Below the pieces are notes generated by a model that saw only the letters and a program-made list of their open reading frames with translations, had not been told where the DNA came from and searched no databases. The position numbers and the translations under genes were made by a program. Below, in pieces: positions 63,412 to 64,000 of a DNA stretch of 64,000 nt. Within the stretch, counting starts at the first letter, position 1, and each line of letters begins with the position of its first letter. Origin of the DNA: Squalus acanthias (lineage: Eukaryota); NCBI GenBank assembly GCA_030390025.1, contig CM059432.1:89220001-89284000 (forward strand), read 5' to 3'.

Positions 63412-64000
63412 CATAGAAACATAGAAGATAGGAGCAGGAGTAGGCCATTCGGCCCCTCGAGCCTGCTCCGCCATTCGATGAGATCATGGCTGATCATCCA
63501 AACTCAGTACCCTGTACCTGCCTTCTCCCCATATCCCTTGATACCTGTAGCTTTATGAAATATATCTAACTCATTCTTGAATATATTTAATAACTTGGCC
63601 TCAACTAACTTCTGTGGTAGAGAATTCCACAGGTTCACCACTCTCTGGGTGAAGAAATTCTTCCTCATTTCTGTCCTAAATGGCTTACCCCTTATCCTTA
63701 GATTATGACCCCTGGTTCTGGACTCTCCGACCATCGGGAACATTCTTCCTGCATCTACTTTGTCTAGACCTGTCAGAATTTTATATGTTTCGATGAGCTC
63801 CCCTCTCATTCTTCTATACTCCTGTGACTATAAGCCCAATCGACCCAATCTCTCCTCATATGTCCTTCCTGCCATCCCAGGTATCAGCCTTGTGAATCTT
63901 TGCTGAACTCCTTCCATGGCAAGAACATCCTTCCTCAGATAAGGCGACCAAAACTGCACACAGTACTCAAGGTGTGGTCTCACCAAGGCCCTGTACAACT
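63412..64000 (-). mobile_element. CR1 LINE 3' end, runs off the window
   Basis: RGELIETYKIL...WNSLPQ...GYGEKAGTGY; CATAGAAA tail. Confidence 0.92.

Overview
Eukaryotic, repeat-dense sequence, very probably from a shark or other elasmobranch: it contains an HE1/V-SINE, SacSINE1/Deu-domain-type SINEs and HER1-like CR1 LINE tails. No host protein-coding gene could be identified. Nearly all long ORFs are transposable-element pseudogenes: CR1 LINEs, a single-ORF CR1-group (Zenon/Crack-like) LINE with a tRNA-like head, an RTE LINE, and PIF/Harbinger transposons with transposase plus intron-containing Myb/SANT-like genes. Also present are Harbinger-type and Tc1/Tigger-type MITEs, a solo LTR, four minisatellite arrays and Penelope-type minimal hammerhead motifs. 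Highlights: (1) a ~75-bp patchwork insertion at 15758-15832 copied from three local templates, consistent with templated end-joining repair; (2) a 15-kb, four-level nested insertion stack at 9020-23886 whose junctions are readable; (3) an ORF1-less LINE fused to a Pol III-type head; (4) hammerhead-like motifs with covarying stem I. AT-rich unique stretches (~29.3-33.8 kb, ~56.7-61.3 kb) are probably intronic or intergenic. Family names come from recognition of motifs, not from database searches.
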